From: a virus
IMG/VR virus record: IMGVR_UViG_3300005253_000054
Span: 1 to 64,000 of that record
Reading direction: 5' to 3' (one strand)
Length of the DNA stretch: 64,000 nucleotides
The translations under genes were made by a program, and so were the position numbers. Of this stretch, positions 9,523-19,116 are shown in pieces; position 1 is the first letter of the stretch; every line of letters starts with the position of its first letter. The notes below the pieces were generated by a model, which had not been told where the DNA came from, searched no databases, and worked only from the letters and a program-made list of their open reading frames with translations.

Positions 9523-10313
9523 TTCCTGATTTTACGATTGTTTTAGGTGTTGATCGCAAACATTTGTTTCAATTAGAACATACATTTCCTACGTGGAAAC
9601 GGCATAAACCATCCATGTTAGAACGTCCGATGATTGTGTTCTATGACCATGAGCAACTCGATCCATCAGACGTAAGGAAAGTAATTGACCATCACGATAT
9701 GATTATGATTCCCTGGCCACTTGCTGGAGTAGAGTATGAGGGAGGTAACGACAAATTCACGAATGCAAGACGGTATCGTATGTTGTCTGGATTCGTGCAT
9801 GTTCCGGCAAAGGTAGTGAAGACCCTTTGGTGGCTCAAGATCGACACGGATGCAATTGCCCACGGTATGGATGATTGGATTGATTCTAGTTGGTGGGCTG
9901 ATGATCCTATAATAATCTCACCGGGTTGGCCCTACACCAAGCCACCGAATCAGATGGTATTACTTGATGAATGGGTAGAACGGGAGAAAGACAAGCTGAT
10001 TGATTTTTATGAACGAACAGAGCCTTTGGATATGTTTCCCAAACCCGGAAGTGATCGACTTCCTCACAAACGGATTGGTACTTGGTGTGCCTTTTTCAAG
10101 ACTTCATTTACACAATATGCTTCTATGCTTGCTGAACAGACTTGTGGTCTTGGCAAGCTACCAGTACCATCGCAAGATAGTTACTTGTGGTATCTTGCGA
10201 CTCGTATGGGTCGTGGTATTCGTAGGGAGAACATGAAGAAACGAGGATGGGTATTGTTTGCTACAATGCCTAATATCAAACGATCAGCAGCGGAGGCTAT
10301 GGCAAATGGCTAA
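9498..10313 (+). CDS. putative GT-A glycosyltransferase
   Basis: WLKIDTD DxD motif and SQDSYLW; cluster context. Confidence 0.55.
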   Translation: MVDTDGKVIPDFTIVLGVDRKHLFQLEHTFPTWKRHKPSMLERPMIVFYDHEQLDPSDVRKVIDHHDMIMIPWPLAGVEYEGGNDKFTNARRYRMLSGFVHVPAKVVKTLWWLKIDTDAIAHGMDDWIDSSWWADDPIIISPGWPYTKPPNQMVLLDEWVEREKDKLIDFYERTEPLDMFPKPGSDRLPHKRIGTWCAFFKTSFTQYASMLAEQTCGLGKLPVPSQDSYLWYLATRMGRGIRRENMKKRGWVLFATMPNIKRSAAEAMANG

Positions 10314-10923
10314 CAGTGGACAAGATTTTATAAAAGCTGTCAAACCATTGCGATGGTCACCCGATGCTATTTATCAGGTAGGTGTGGGAAAACATTACCC
10401 AGAAGTAAAAGCATTCCAAAAGGAATGGCCAGAGGTTCCGATAACTGGTTGTGAACCCCATCCTTCTATTTACAGACGATTGACAGAAAAGTACCCTGGG
10501 AAAATCTACAATATAGCGATGGGTGAAGAGGATGGTTCGGTCGATCTTTACCATCGTAAGAAACACAAGGATGGTAGCTCAGTTTTCCAACGGAAGTATG
10601 ATCCGAATAGACCATTGGTAAAGCATCGTGTTACATGCGGTACTCTTGACACATTCTTTTGCGATAAGATTGCCAATGCCCTGTTATGGTTGGATTGCGA
10701 GGGTAGTGAATTACGGGTATTGCGGGGTGGTAAGAGATTCCTGAAGGGGGTTTCGGTTATCAATGTGGAAATGATTTCCGAGCCACCTTGTGATGGGTGG
10801 TGTTCTGCTAAGGATGTAAACAATGAATTGATAGGTAATGGATTTGTGTTACATTCGTCCCACACCCATCGAGATAATCACAATCAGTATGATGCCATTT
10901 ACGTAAGGAGTGGGATGGTATGA
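10306..10923 (+). CDS. FkbM-family methyltransferase
   Basis: QVGVG, GCEP, TLDTF, LWLDCEGSELRVLRG motifs. Confidence 0.85.
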   Translation: MANSGQDFIKAVKPLRWSPDAIYQVGVGKHYPEVKAFQKEWPEVPITGCEPHPSIYRRLTEKYPGKIYNIAMGEEDGSVDLYHRKKHKDGSSVFQRKYDPNRPLVKHRVTCGTLDTFFCDKIANALLWLDCEGSELRVLRGGKRFLKGVSVINVEMISEPPCDGWCSAKDVNNELIGNGFVLHSSHTHRDNHNQYDAIYVRSGMV

Positions 10924-11795
10924 CCAAACGCAGAGTGATGTATCTGGAAACAGGACCGGCCCACTTCCATAATTTGGTTGTGTCAATGTGGTCATTACGT
11001 AAGCATTGCGACGTACCAATACTTCTATACGCTTGGCCTCAGTCGTACGAAGTGGCTAAGCAGATAGCAGAGGATGATAGATTGGGAATTGAGGAAGTAA
11101 TTGAGTGGGTTCCTGATTGGATGGGTGGAGGTACTACGGCACAGTCAGAATGCAAACAGCAAATCATTCAGACAATAGATGCGGACGTGGTGTTATACCT
11201 TGATGCTGATACGTTGGTCGTTGATAGTCTGTGGACGTTGTTTGAGGGTGCATGGCATTATGGATTTTGTGGAGCCCAATTTAACAAGTGGATTACTACT
11301 GGTAAGAAGATAAGCAAACGCATTAGAAACTTGAGACAGTTTCCAGAGATTGATAAGGATTTGATTGACCGGCTATTAGCAATTCCTTGGCCAGCTACGA
11401 ACAGTGGAATCTTTGCTTGTGATCCCAAGTCCCCTGTAATTCCCAAATGGTATGAATATACAGTAGCAGCACGGAAATCTTTTATTCCAGACGAGAATTG
11501 TCTGTATCTTATGATGCCCTTATTCAAACCATTTGGGAATATGGCTGTGTTGGAAGGTGGGGCATGGAATAGTTCGACGCATTATCAAGACCCTGATTTG
11601 AAAGATGAAGACGTTGTTATCTGGCACTTCCACGGAGATAGCAACACACGTCCTAAGAAGTCTCCCAAGGGTGTAGAATTATGGTGGCCAGCCTATCAAG
11701 AGTGTGTGAAAGAGAACGTAGGAAACATACAATCGTGGAGAGAATCGGTTAGGAACAAACACTTAGATCGGCTGCTAAGAAAGAGATCACTATGA
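10920..11795 (+). CDS. GT8-like glycosyltransferase, paralog A
   Basis: LYLDADT, NSGIF, PDE, IWHFHG. Confidence 0.7.
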   Translation: MTKRRVMYLETGPAHFHNLVVSMWSLRKHCDVPILLYAWPQSYEVAKQIAEDDRLGIEEVIEWVPDWMGGGTTAQSECKQQIIQTIDADVVLYLDADTLVVDSLWTLFEGAWHYGFCGAQFNKWITTGKKISKRIRNLRQFPEIDKDLIDRLLAIPWPATNSGIFACDPKSPVIPKWYEYTVAARKSFIPDENCLYLMMPLFKPFGNMAVLEGGAWNSSTHYQDPDLKDEDVVIWHFHGDSNTRPKKSPKGVELWWPAYQECVKENVGNIQSWRESVRNKHLDRLLRKRSL

Positions 11796-12688
11796 AACGA
11801 CAAATCGTTTATCTAATGAGCAAGCCTGCACATCTTCCATATTTGGTGGTAAGTCTTGAATCATTACGAAAGCATTGGGATGGGAAAATAAAGGTTTATG
11901 CTTGGGCAGAATCCTATGATCTTGTAAAGAGGATTGCTGAAGATGAGCGATTGGGTATCAAAGCAAGCCTATTCGACCCATGCCACAAAGGACGCAATGC
12001 CCAATTTGAGTGCAAGCAACGGGTTATGCAATGGACTGATTGTGATGCGGGATTATACCTTGATGCTGATACGATGATTTGGAGCAGTCTCGATTTGTTA
12101 TTTGAAAGGGCGGAACGGTTTGGGTTTGCCGCCACCCAATACTGTGATCGTTACACTGATTGGCTTATCATACGAAATAGAATCAAGAGATTAAGGACGT
12201 TCCCTGAAATAGATAATGAGTTGATAGAGAAGTTACTGACAAACAGATGGCCTACTGTAAATGGTGGTGTGTTCGCGTGTAAACCGTCGTCCCCAGTTCT
12301 ACCCTTGTGGCACAAATGGACAAAGGCAGCTAGGGAGATTTACATTGCGGATGAGGTTGTTCTGCACACTATGATGGTCAAGTTTGGTTTGTCGATGGAA
12401 ATGACAGTGGTAATGGAACAGGGCAAATACAATTGTTCTACTATGACTTACCTACATCCTCAAGGGTTGCGGGACGATCATGTACACGTTTGGCATTTCC
12501 ACGGTGATAAGTGTGTAAAGATAAACGATAAGAGGCCACACGAAGGCCATTGGTCGCCCAAAGGAATTGGGCTGTGGTGGCCTGCTTTCTGTAGTGCTGT
12601 GAATCGAAACGTAGGTGGAATGCAGGAATGGTGGAAGGATGTTGATAACAAACATTTAATGAATCTTTACGATAGGGTAACAATATGA
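11792..12688 (+). CDS. GT8-like glycosyltransferase, paralog B
   Basis: LYLDADT, NGGVF, ADE, VWHFHG; colinear with 10920..11795. Confidence 0.7.
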   Translation: MKRQIVYLMSKPAHLPYLVVSLESLRKHWDGKIKVYAWAESYDLVKRIAEDERLGIKASLFDPCHKGRNAQFECKQRVMQWTDCDAGLYLDADTMIWSSLDLLFERAERFGFAATQYCDRYTDWLIIRNRIKRLRTFPEIDNELIEKLLTNRWPTVNGGVFACKPSSPVLPLWHKWTKAAREIYIADEVVLHTMMVKFGLSMEMTVVMEQGKYNCSTMTYLHPQGLRDDHVHVWHFHGDKCVKINDKRPHEGHWSPKGIGLWWPAFCSAVNRNVGGMQEWWKDVDNKHLMNLYDRVTI

Positions 12689-13311
12689 AGAATTTTGACA
12701 TTGATATGTCAGAGCATGATTTTAAGTTCAAGCGGAAGTGGTTTAAGAATCGCAATTTGCAAACATTTGTTGAATACATTTACCTCAAGTGGGCAGGTAA
12801 ACCCATTTTGTATTTGGAAATAGGTGTGTTTGAGGGAATGAGTTTAACGTGGATGTTTCAGCACATTTTAACCCATCCTGAATCTAGGGCTGTAGGAATC
12901 GACCCTTGGCTACCAATGCCTCCCAAATGGAATATGGAGCAGATAATAGGGATAAGAGAACATGCCTTACACAACTTGAGTATGAGGGATCGTCTTGAAT
13001 TGATTCATGCTAACAGTGTTACGATCCTTGATGTAATGTTAAGGAAAAAAGGCTATGCTGGAGTTAGTCGGGGCTCATTAGATTTGTGTATGGTGGATGG
13101 TGACCATCACGCTTTGGGTATGTTGGCCGATGCCAAAATGTGTTTGCCTTTGATGAGGAAAGGTGGTTGGTTATTGTTCGATGATGTGGAATTATCAATG
13201 CCGAGGAAAGACCAAGTCAAAGAAGGATTACGGATGTTTGTAGAACAACACGGGAATGAAGTAAAGAGGGTTTTCAAGCATAAACACATGGAAGCTTACG
13301 AGGTATTGTGA
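12685..13311 (+). CDS. class I SAM methyltransferase (Methyltransf_24-like)
   Basis: LEIGVFEG, IDPW, VDGDH, GGWLLFDD. Confidence 0.85.
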   Translation: MKNFDIDMSEHDFKFKRKWFKNRNLQTFVEYIYLKWAGKPILYLEIGVFEGMSLTWMFQHILTHPESRAVGIDPWLPMPPKWNMEQIIGIREHALHNLSMRDRLELIHANSVTILDVMLRKKGYAGVSRGSLDLCMVDGDHHALGMLADAKMCLPLMRKGGWLLFDDVELSMPRKDQVKEGLRMFVEQHGNEVKRVFKHKHMEAYEVL

Positions 13312-14021
13312 TATCAGCCAGATTCCAAATCGTATTTACCTACCGTTGCAATCTGAATTGCAAATGGTGTGATAGGTTTATGGACTCTGTTCCTTGGCCT
13401 GATTCTGATATGGTAGGGGGTGATTTAGCATTTGGGTTAAGTGCCATTAAGCAGAGTGGGATTGAGATTGAGCAATGCCGTATTGGTGGTGGTGAAGCTA
13501 AGATGCACCCATGTTTTGCTAGTATGGCATACTACGTTAGGTTCATTTGGGGTAATGATAAAATCAGAACGTCAGTTTCTACTAATACTTTGATACCAAA
13601 TGACAAAAGCCTAGAAGTAATCTACCAAGAGGCTGGACCGAAAACGAAAAGTAAACACACTCCAGTAATGATTTCCCCTTACGATTTGGGCCTCGATCCG
13701 GAGCAGGGTTTTGTGAGTCCGTGTCGTATGTCCCGCGTATGTGGTAGGCTATTTGATGCCTTTGGTTTTGCTGCCTGTCCTTACGAGGGGCCTATGGGTA
13801 GGTTATTTGGTATTGATCCTTACCAAGCAGAGCCCGTGATGTTGGGACGATATGATTTGTGTTGTCATTGCGTCCATTCATTACCTACAAAAAAGAAGAA
13901 AGCAGTATGGCAGGATGCTTTGGATGGTAAGATAGAATTCCCAACCAAGTCTTATCGAGAAGCATTAGATAGGTTTGCAGAACATCCCACCGTGTTCAAA
14001 CGATTCCAAGAGAGATTGTAA
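13308..14021 (+). CDS. radical SAM protein
   Basis: TYRCNLNCKWC (CxxxCxxC), GGGE, additional C-terminal cysteines. Confidence 0.8.
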   Translation: MISARFQIVFTYRCNLNCKWCDRFMDSVPWPDSDMVGGDLAFGLSAIKQSGIEIEQCRIGGGEAKMHPCFASMAYYVRFIWGNDKIRTSVSTNTLIPNDKSLEVIYQEAGPKTKSKHTPVMISPYDLGLDPEQGFVSPCRMSRVCGRLFDAFGFAACPYEGPMGRLFGIDPYQAEPVMLGRYDLCCHCVHSLPTKKKKAVWQDALDGKIEFPTKSYREALDRFAEHPTVFKRFQERL

Positions 14022-14023
14022 CG

Positions 14024-14602
14024 ATGAGACAATGCACGGCTAATGGTGGTTTTCCAAGACGTCACGCGAAGAAAAGAGGGGATGCCTTCAGTGATAAGAT
14101 AGCACAGATTATCGAAATGGTAATCCCAAAAGATAAATTAGTTGTCGATTTTGGTGCAGGTGCTTATGGTACGTATGTTCGATGGATGTTGGATAATGGG
14201 TGGGAAAACGTGGCGGGTGTTGATGGATCGTGGGGGGTTGAAAAGTTAAGTAAGGGTCTTGTAAAGTTTGGTGATTTGTCGTTATGTCTAACTGTTGGTG
14301 AGGGTAGAATGATTCCTGTTATTCCAGACTGGATTATCAGCATCGAAGTAGGAGAGCATATACCACCAGAGAAAGCCGATGTATTTATGGACAATCTTTC
14401 GGTAGCTAAAGAAGGGATTCTAATGAGTTGGGCTTTGCCAGGGCAAAAGGGATTCCATCACGTCAATTGCCGGATGATTGAATGGGTTGCTTGTGAGATG
14501 GGTAAACGCGGATTCTCTGTTGATGACGTTGCAACGATGGAAGCTAGAACTTTTCGCAGGCATGTATTACGTAAGAGATTATTAGTTCTGAAAAGGGATT
14601 GA
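14024..14602 (+). CDS. class I SAM methyltransferase
   Basis: VDFGAG, GVDG, SIEVGEHI, SWALPGQKGFHHVN. Confidence 0.85.
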   Translation: MRQCTANGGFPRRHAKKRGDAFSDKIAQIIEMVIPKDKLVVDFGAGAYGTYVRWMLDNGWENVAGVDGSWGVEKLSKGLVKFGDLSLCLTVGEGRMIPVIPDWIISIEVGEHIPPEKADVFMDNLSVAKEGILMSWALPGQKGFHHVNCRMIEWVACEMGKRGFSVDDVATMEARTFRRHVLRKRLLVLKRD

Positions 14603-14606
14603 ATCA

Positions 14607-15164
14607 ATGATCCATTACCCAACGTTCCAATTTGCCAGCCCTCCACGGACAGCCACGACTTGGTTTTGTCAGGCTGCCCACATAGCCGGATTGGGTTGGG
14701 GTGATAAGGCCCATGCCCACATACCACCTCCAGAAAACTTTGGTGGTGTCAACGTTTGCTTGGTGAGACATCCTTACGATTGGCTTGTGAGTTATTACTA
14801 TGCTTTGCTAGGTGGGGCCATTGGTGTGGATTGTGTAGATGTGTTTGTCCCTATGGCGAGGGAGTCTAAAGACCTCAAGCAGTTCGTTAGAAGATACACA
14901 ATAGAATATCCCGGAGCTATTTGGGATATGCACCGAGCATACCAAGCCTCGATTGTGTATAGAGTGGAAGACTTGCCTTGGAATGTGATCGGATTTTTTG
15001 AGTCATTAGGTGTGAAGAAACATCTGTTAAAGAAACTGGAAACGGCCGGGCCTACGAATGTCTGCCAAAACATACCATATGCAGACTTCCCAAAATTGAA
15101 GAAAAGAGTTTGCGAAGTAGAGAAAGAATTTTGTGAGAGGTATGACTATGACTATTGGAACTAA
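14607..15164 (+). CDS. sulfotransferase-family protein
   Basis: 5'-PSB-like SPPRTATTW and 3'-PB-like VRHPYDWLVSYY. Confidence 0.75.
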   Translation: MIHYPTFQFASPPRTATTWFCQAAHIAGLGWGDKAHAHIPPPENFGGVNVCLVRHPYDWLVSYYYALLGGAIGVDCVDVFVPMARESKDLKQFVRRYTIEYPGAIWDMHRAYQASIVYRVEDLPWNVIGFFESLGVKKHLLKKLETAGPTNVCQNIPYADFPKLKKRVCEVEKEFCERYDYDYWN

Positions 15165-15879
15165 ATACACTGATAGCATGGTTGTGATTCCTGCCCGTTT
15201 GCAATCAAGACGGTTTCCAAGGAAACCATTACAGATGGCAGGCAACAATTCTTTGTTACAACATACCCACCATCAAGCTAGGAAATCAAGGGCATCTGTG
15301 GTATGCGTTGCCTCTGCCGATCCAGAGATTCAAGATCATTGTGGTAGGAATGGGATAGCTTGGTGGCCCACGTCACAAGCTCACATGACGGGCACCCATC
15401 GCTGTGCTGAGGTTTTAGAGTTGGTGGATGGATCAGTGGGGATTGTAATCAATTGGCAGTGTGATGAACCGTTAGTCCTACCTGAGTGGATTGACTTGAT
15501 GATCGAGAAAATCATCCAGATTGGTGCTGATATTGTAACGTTGGTAGCATCCTTATCAGCACCAGCGGCAGAAAATAAGAACGTTGCAAAGGTTGTTGTG
15601 TCAGATGATAGGTGTATGTGGTTTAGTCGATTGCCATTGTATGATAGTAAAGCTCACATAGGAATCTACGCTTTTCGATCTGAGATTCTTAGGAAACTTG
15701 GGAAAATGCAACGAACAAATCTGAGTAGGGGAGAATCGCTTGAACAATTAGCTTGGTTGGAAGCGGGATATAAAATCAGTTATATTGAGGTAGATCATTT
15801 ACCGTTAGCTATTAACACTCCACATGATTGGAAACGGTTTGCAGATAAGTTCGATCAACAGGAAATAAATAGATTGTGA
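15133..15879 (+). CDS. kdsB: CMP-Kdo synthetase-like cytidylyltransferase
   Basis: IPARLQSRRFPRKPL, TGTHR, QCDEP, FSR, HIGIYAFR, ESLEQL; start may be ATG 15142 or 15148. Confidence 0.85.
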   Translation: MRGMTMTIGTKYTDSMVVIPARLQSRRFPRKPLQMAGNNSLLQHTHHQARKSRASVVCVASADPEIQDHCGRNGIAWWPTSQAHMTGTHRCAEVLELVDGSVGIVINWQCDEPLVLPEWIDLMIEKIIQIGADIVTLVASLSAPAAENKNVAKVVVSDDRCMWFSRLPLYDSKAHIGIYAFRSEILRKLGKMQRTNLSRGESLEQLAWLEAGYKISYIEVDHLPLAINTPHDWKRFADKFDQQEINRL

Positions 15880-16556
15880 AGACCCTAACAATCGTGGTCC
15901 ATTGCTGGCATTATGAGCATATGTTGGCCTATCAATTGTCGTCATTGGTAAAACACCCACCTAAAAAGATTCAAGTGGGTATACTGGTTCTTACTGAGAA
16001 AAGAGACACTGAGACAAAAAATCTAGTGGATGGTTTCGGTAAGATGTTTTCTGTTGATGTTAGTTGTTTAGTAACTCATGCTCCTGAGTTTTTTAATCGT
16101 GGTCTTGGTAGGAATTGGGTGGCAAAACGATTACAGCGTGACATAATTTGGTTTGCTGATGCTGATTACTGCTTTGGAAAAGGTTGTCTTGATTCATTAA
16201 CAGATATTGAATTAAAGGATGATTGGTTATATCATCCTAAACAAATCCAGCAAACGAAACATGGTAGTGGTCCAAAATATGATATACCACTAATATGTTA
16301 TGGAACTCGTCCCATAGACCCGTCAGACTTTAGAACCAAAATAATCAAACGTGCTATAGGTGGAATCCAAATCGTTACAGGAAACACGGCACGCAGCAGA
16401 GGATACCACACATACGACTACCGAGTACGTAAAGAGGCAACGGAGTGGGTACGTGGTAGGCATGAAGACGTAAGATACAGAAGACAGTTTCATAAGCTAG
16501 GACAAATCCAATCCATTGATATACCTAATTTGTTTAGGATACACAGGGACCGATGA
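15876..16556 (+). CDS. GT2-like glycosyltransferase, paralog 1
   Basis: RGLGRN, IWFADADY, AIGGIQIVTG, HED. Confidence 0.7.
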   Translation: MKTLTIVVHCWHYEHMLAYQLSSLVKHPPKKIQVGILVLTEKRDTETKNLVDGFGKMFSVDVSCLVTHAPEFFNRGLGRNWVAKRLQRDIIWFADADYCFGKGCLDSLTDIELKDDWLYHPKQIQQTKHGSGPKYDIPLICYGTRPIDPSDFRTKIIKRAIGGIQIVTGNTARSRGYHTYDYRVRKEATEWVRGRHEDVRYRRQFHKLGQIQSIDIPNLFRIHRDR

Positions 16557-17287
16557 GGAAAAAGAGACTCGATATATTCGTACATTGTTGGCAATTCTCC
16601 AAGACGTTGACGTATCTATTATCATCGTTGGTATTACACCCACCCAAAAATCTAAGGGTGAAAGTGATAGTGGCCTGTACGGAGTCAGACCAACCTACGC
16701 TGGATGTAATCCATTATTTTAGATGGCAGCATAGAGTATGGGTGTTGCCTTATCTAATGACCAAATCTCGATTGTTCAACCGTACCATTGGCAGGAATGA
16801 ACTGGCGAAAAATACAAAGGCTAATCTCGTTTGGTTTACTGATGCTGATTACTTTTTCGGTGAGGGCTGTTTTGATTCATTGGGTGAAAAGATTGAACAC
16901 TTCAAGCCTAACAATATATATTTTCCACATCACATCTTACAGAATAGAACGAAAGAGCAGGGGGATGATTACGTTCGCAAGGTATCTGATTTAGGAGTGT
17001 ATGATATAAAAACCTCTGATTTCGTTGCTAAGTCTATGCAAAGAGCTATAGGTGGAATCCAAATCGTAACAGGCAATACAGCAAGGAAACATGGTTACTG
17101 TGAAACCAAACCAGAATTCTTACGCCCCGTACGTTCGAGGAAATGGAATACCCGGATGTTTTGTGCTGATGTATGGTATCGAGCTTTGGTCGTAGGGAAG
17201 TTGTATTCCAGAGGTTATAGAATTACACTTCCTAATGTTTACCGTATCAGACAATCAATTCCTGGAGTAGTGGATACGTTAGAATGA
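16553..17287 (+). CDS. GT2-like glycosyltransferase, paralog 2
   Basis: RTIGRN, VWFTDADY, AIGGIQIVTG. Confidence 0.7.
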   Translation: MRKKRLDIFVHCWQFSKTLTYLLSSLVLHPPKNLRVKVIVACTESDQPTLDVIHYFRWQHRVWVLPYLMTKSRLFNRTIGRNELAKNTKANLVWFTDADYFFGEGCFDSLGEKIEHFKPNNIYFPHHILQNRTKEQGDDYVRKVSDLGVYDIKTSDFVAKSMQRAIGGIQIVTGNTARKHGYCETKPEFLRPVRSRKWNTRMFCADVWYRALVVGKLYSRGYRITLPNVYRIRQSIPGVVDTLE

Positions 17288-18012
17288 AACGAATCGAAAT
17301 AGTTACTCACGTTTATGCTAAGATTTTACCTCATTATGCTCAAGCATTGACGTATCAGTTAAGTTCTCTGAATCTCTACAGATCGAAAGCAGACGTTTCG
17401 ATTATGATTTGCCTTGATATGACGGATGCCAAAGCCGTAGAGGTTTTATTATGGTTCAGTTTGCAATACTCTTTTCCGATTAAGATAAGAAACTTTCCTA
17501 TCGAACGATTAGGACGTAGGGCAATCGGTAGGAATATAGTAGCTAGGGAAACCGAGGCCGATGTGGTTTGGTTTACGGATGTGGATTATCTTTTCGGTGA
17601 GGGATGTTTGGATGCTGTAGCTGATTTCGTTTGGCCTGAGAAATCTGGTTTGGCCTTTCCCCATTATGTACAAATGAGTCACGACCATGAATTAGGAGAT
17701 TCAATTCTATCCGAAGCAGTATATCCCCAACTTGTTGACGTCGATCCTAAAGACTTCTATCCCCATGAGGTTACACAACCTCCGGGTGGTTGTTTTATCA
17801 TCAAGGGGGATTTCGCGAGAGAACACGGTTACCTACCTGGCCATAAGAAATACCAATCGCCGACAGACGGAGTTTTCCTATCGTGCAAATGCGATGTGCC
17901 TTACCGATCCTATTGCAAGCGGAATGGGGATGGTGCAAAGGTAATTGAGATTCCGAACGTGTTTAGAATTAGACATACGAAAACGGCCCATAAACATGGA
18001 GCACAGATGTAA
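17284..18012 (+). CDS. GT2-like glycosyltransferase, paralog 3
   Basis: RAIGRN, VWFTDVDY, PPGG. Confidence 0.7.
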   Translation: MKRIEIVTHVYAKILPHYAQALTYQLSSLNLYRSKADVSIMICLDMTDAKAVEVLLWFSLQYSFPIKIRNFPIERLGRRAIGRNIVARETEADVVWFTDVDYLFGEGCLDAVADFVWPEKSGLAFPHYVQMSHDHELGDSILSEAVYPQLVDVDPKDFYPHEVTQPPGGCFIIKGDFAREHGYLPGHKKYQSPTDGVFLSCKCDVPYRSYCKRNGDGAKVIEIPNVFRIRHTKTAHKHGAQM

Positions 18013-18290
18013 TGTTAGGATGGTTTAAGAGATTGTTAAGATGTTGGTTGTTGGTAGAAAGTCGTCCGTCGATGATTTTGGAAGTGGTGCTTGGTGGTGA
18101 TATTCAGAAAGTTGTAGTAAGTAAGGTTGTAGGTAATCGAATCCTTTGCACAATTCCAGGCAAGGGAGAATCGGCTTGTCATCTGATTGGAATTGGGCAG
18201 GCTGTAGATAAGAAGCATTTTCAAGAGTTGTTAAAGACTTTGGGCGGTGATGAATGGTTCTGGCCTGATGGTTCCGTGGCCAATCTCTAA
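18012..18290 (+). CDS. hypothetical protein, last gene of the late operon
   Basis: TAATG coupling; followed by non-coding gap. Confidence 0.55.
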   Translation: MLGWFKRLLRCWLLVESRPSMILEVVLGGDIQKVVVSKVVGNRILCTIPGKGESACHLIGIGQAVDKKHFQELLKTLGGDEWFWPDGSVANL

Positions 18291-18474
18291 CGCTCTCTGT
18301 AGCGTGAACACCCCTCGCTTGGGTATCCTGTTTCTACATTACAGGGGTAGAAAGTGGGCCGATTCTGTCTCTTCTGGAAAAGTTTTTCGTGACCGCAAAC
18401 CCCGTAAAACACGGCATTTACGGCATTTTAACACTCTTTCCGGGCTCAGAGGGAAAAACTTTCTGGATTCGGTA

Positions 18475-18503
18475 TTGACAGCTTGCCGAAAATATGGTAT
18501 ACT
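18475..18503 (+). promoter_or_regulatory. strong sigma70-type early promoter
   Basis: TTGACA-17 bp-TATACT with TGn extension. Confidence 0.8.
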
Positions 18504-18557
18504 TAGATATAGACGAGGGGGAAACAACGGAAACCACTAACCAAGGGAGACGAGACA

Positions 18558-18731
18558 ATGACAACCAGAAACAGAATCGAATGGAGCCGCGAAGACAATC
18601 GACAATACACCATCACTTACAGCGACGGAGTCGAGGTGACAGTCGAAGCTACCCGAAGCGATGACTTGCGAGCCAAGACCCTCCGCTACTACCGAGCGAA
18701 GAAAGGTGAGGTCACTTGGGGAATCAAATAG
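18558..18731 (+). CDS. 57 aa early protein (not in ORF track)
   Basis: SD AAGGGAG; MTTRNRIEWSREDN...WGIK. Confidence 0.65.
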   Translation: MTTRNRIEWSREDNRQYTITYSDGVEVTVEATRSDDLRAKTLRYYRAKKGEVTWGIK

Positions 18732-18769
18732 GACACGGGAGGCCCGCCGGGAATCAGCCCGGCGGATTT

Positions 18770-18877
18770 GGGGTGAATGGTTAGCTCGGGGATATGGTGA
18801 GTGTTGTAAAAAAGCTAGGACCACTTAGCAAATGCAATGCTGCCTCAAGCTGGATGGTTCGATTCCGTCTCACCTCA
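18770..18877 (+). ncRNA. tRNA-like RNA (acceptor stem, T arm, long arm, no D stem)
   Basis: GGGGTGA/TCACCTC-A; GATGG-TTCGATT-CCGTC; TAGCTCGGGG/CCTCAAGCTG. Confidence 0.55.
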
Positions 18878-18918
18878 CTTTATTTCAAGTATTTTGGCCA
18901 AACCCAAGGGAGAACGAA

Positions 18919-19116
18919 ATGCACAGAATCTGGTTACCAGCAGGCCGCCCCGGTATCGCGATTAACGGGACCGCCTACCAATGGGACAGCGAGAAGCAGC
19001 GGATTCTGCTCGCCGGAACCCTGGCGGTTGAATTCGAGGGCACCGGCATTCCTCTTCGCCTTCGTCATACGGACGGGTTCCGTGTCGATGACGAGGCGAG
19101 AAAGGCCGGACTGTAA
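18919..19116 (+). CDS. small early protein
   Basis: SD AAGGGAG before ATG 18919. Confidence 0.6.
   Translation: MHRIWLPAGRPGIAINGTAYQWDSEKQRILLAGTLAVEFEGTGIPLRLRHTDGFRVDDEARKAGL

Noticed and set aside
15876-18012. Diversity-generating retroelement template/variable repeats
   Set aside because: No reverse transcriptase in the window; paralog differences are not adenine-specific
6596-18012. Host LPS/capsule island misassembled into the phage
   Set aside because: Same strand, similar composition and tight coupling with tail genes; lacks wzx/wzy/ABC export genes. Read mapping is still needed to exclude it fully
18770-18877. Canonical tRNA or full tmRNA
   Set aside because: No D stem or 7 nt anticodon loop, and far too short to hold a tag reading frame
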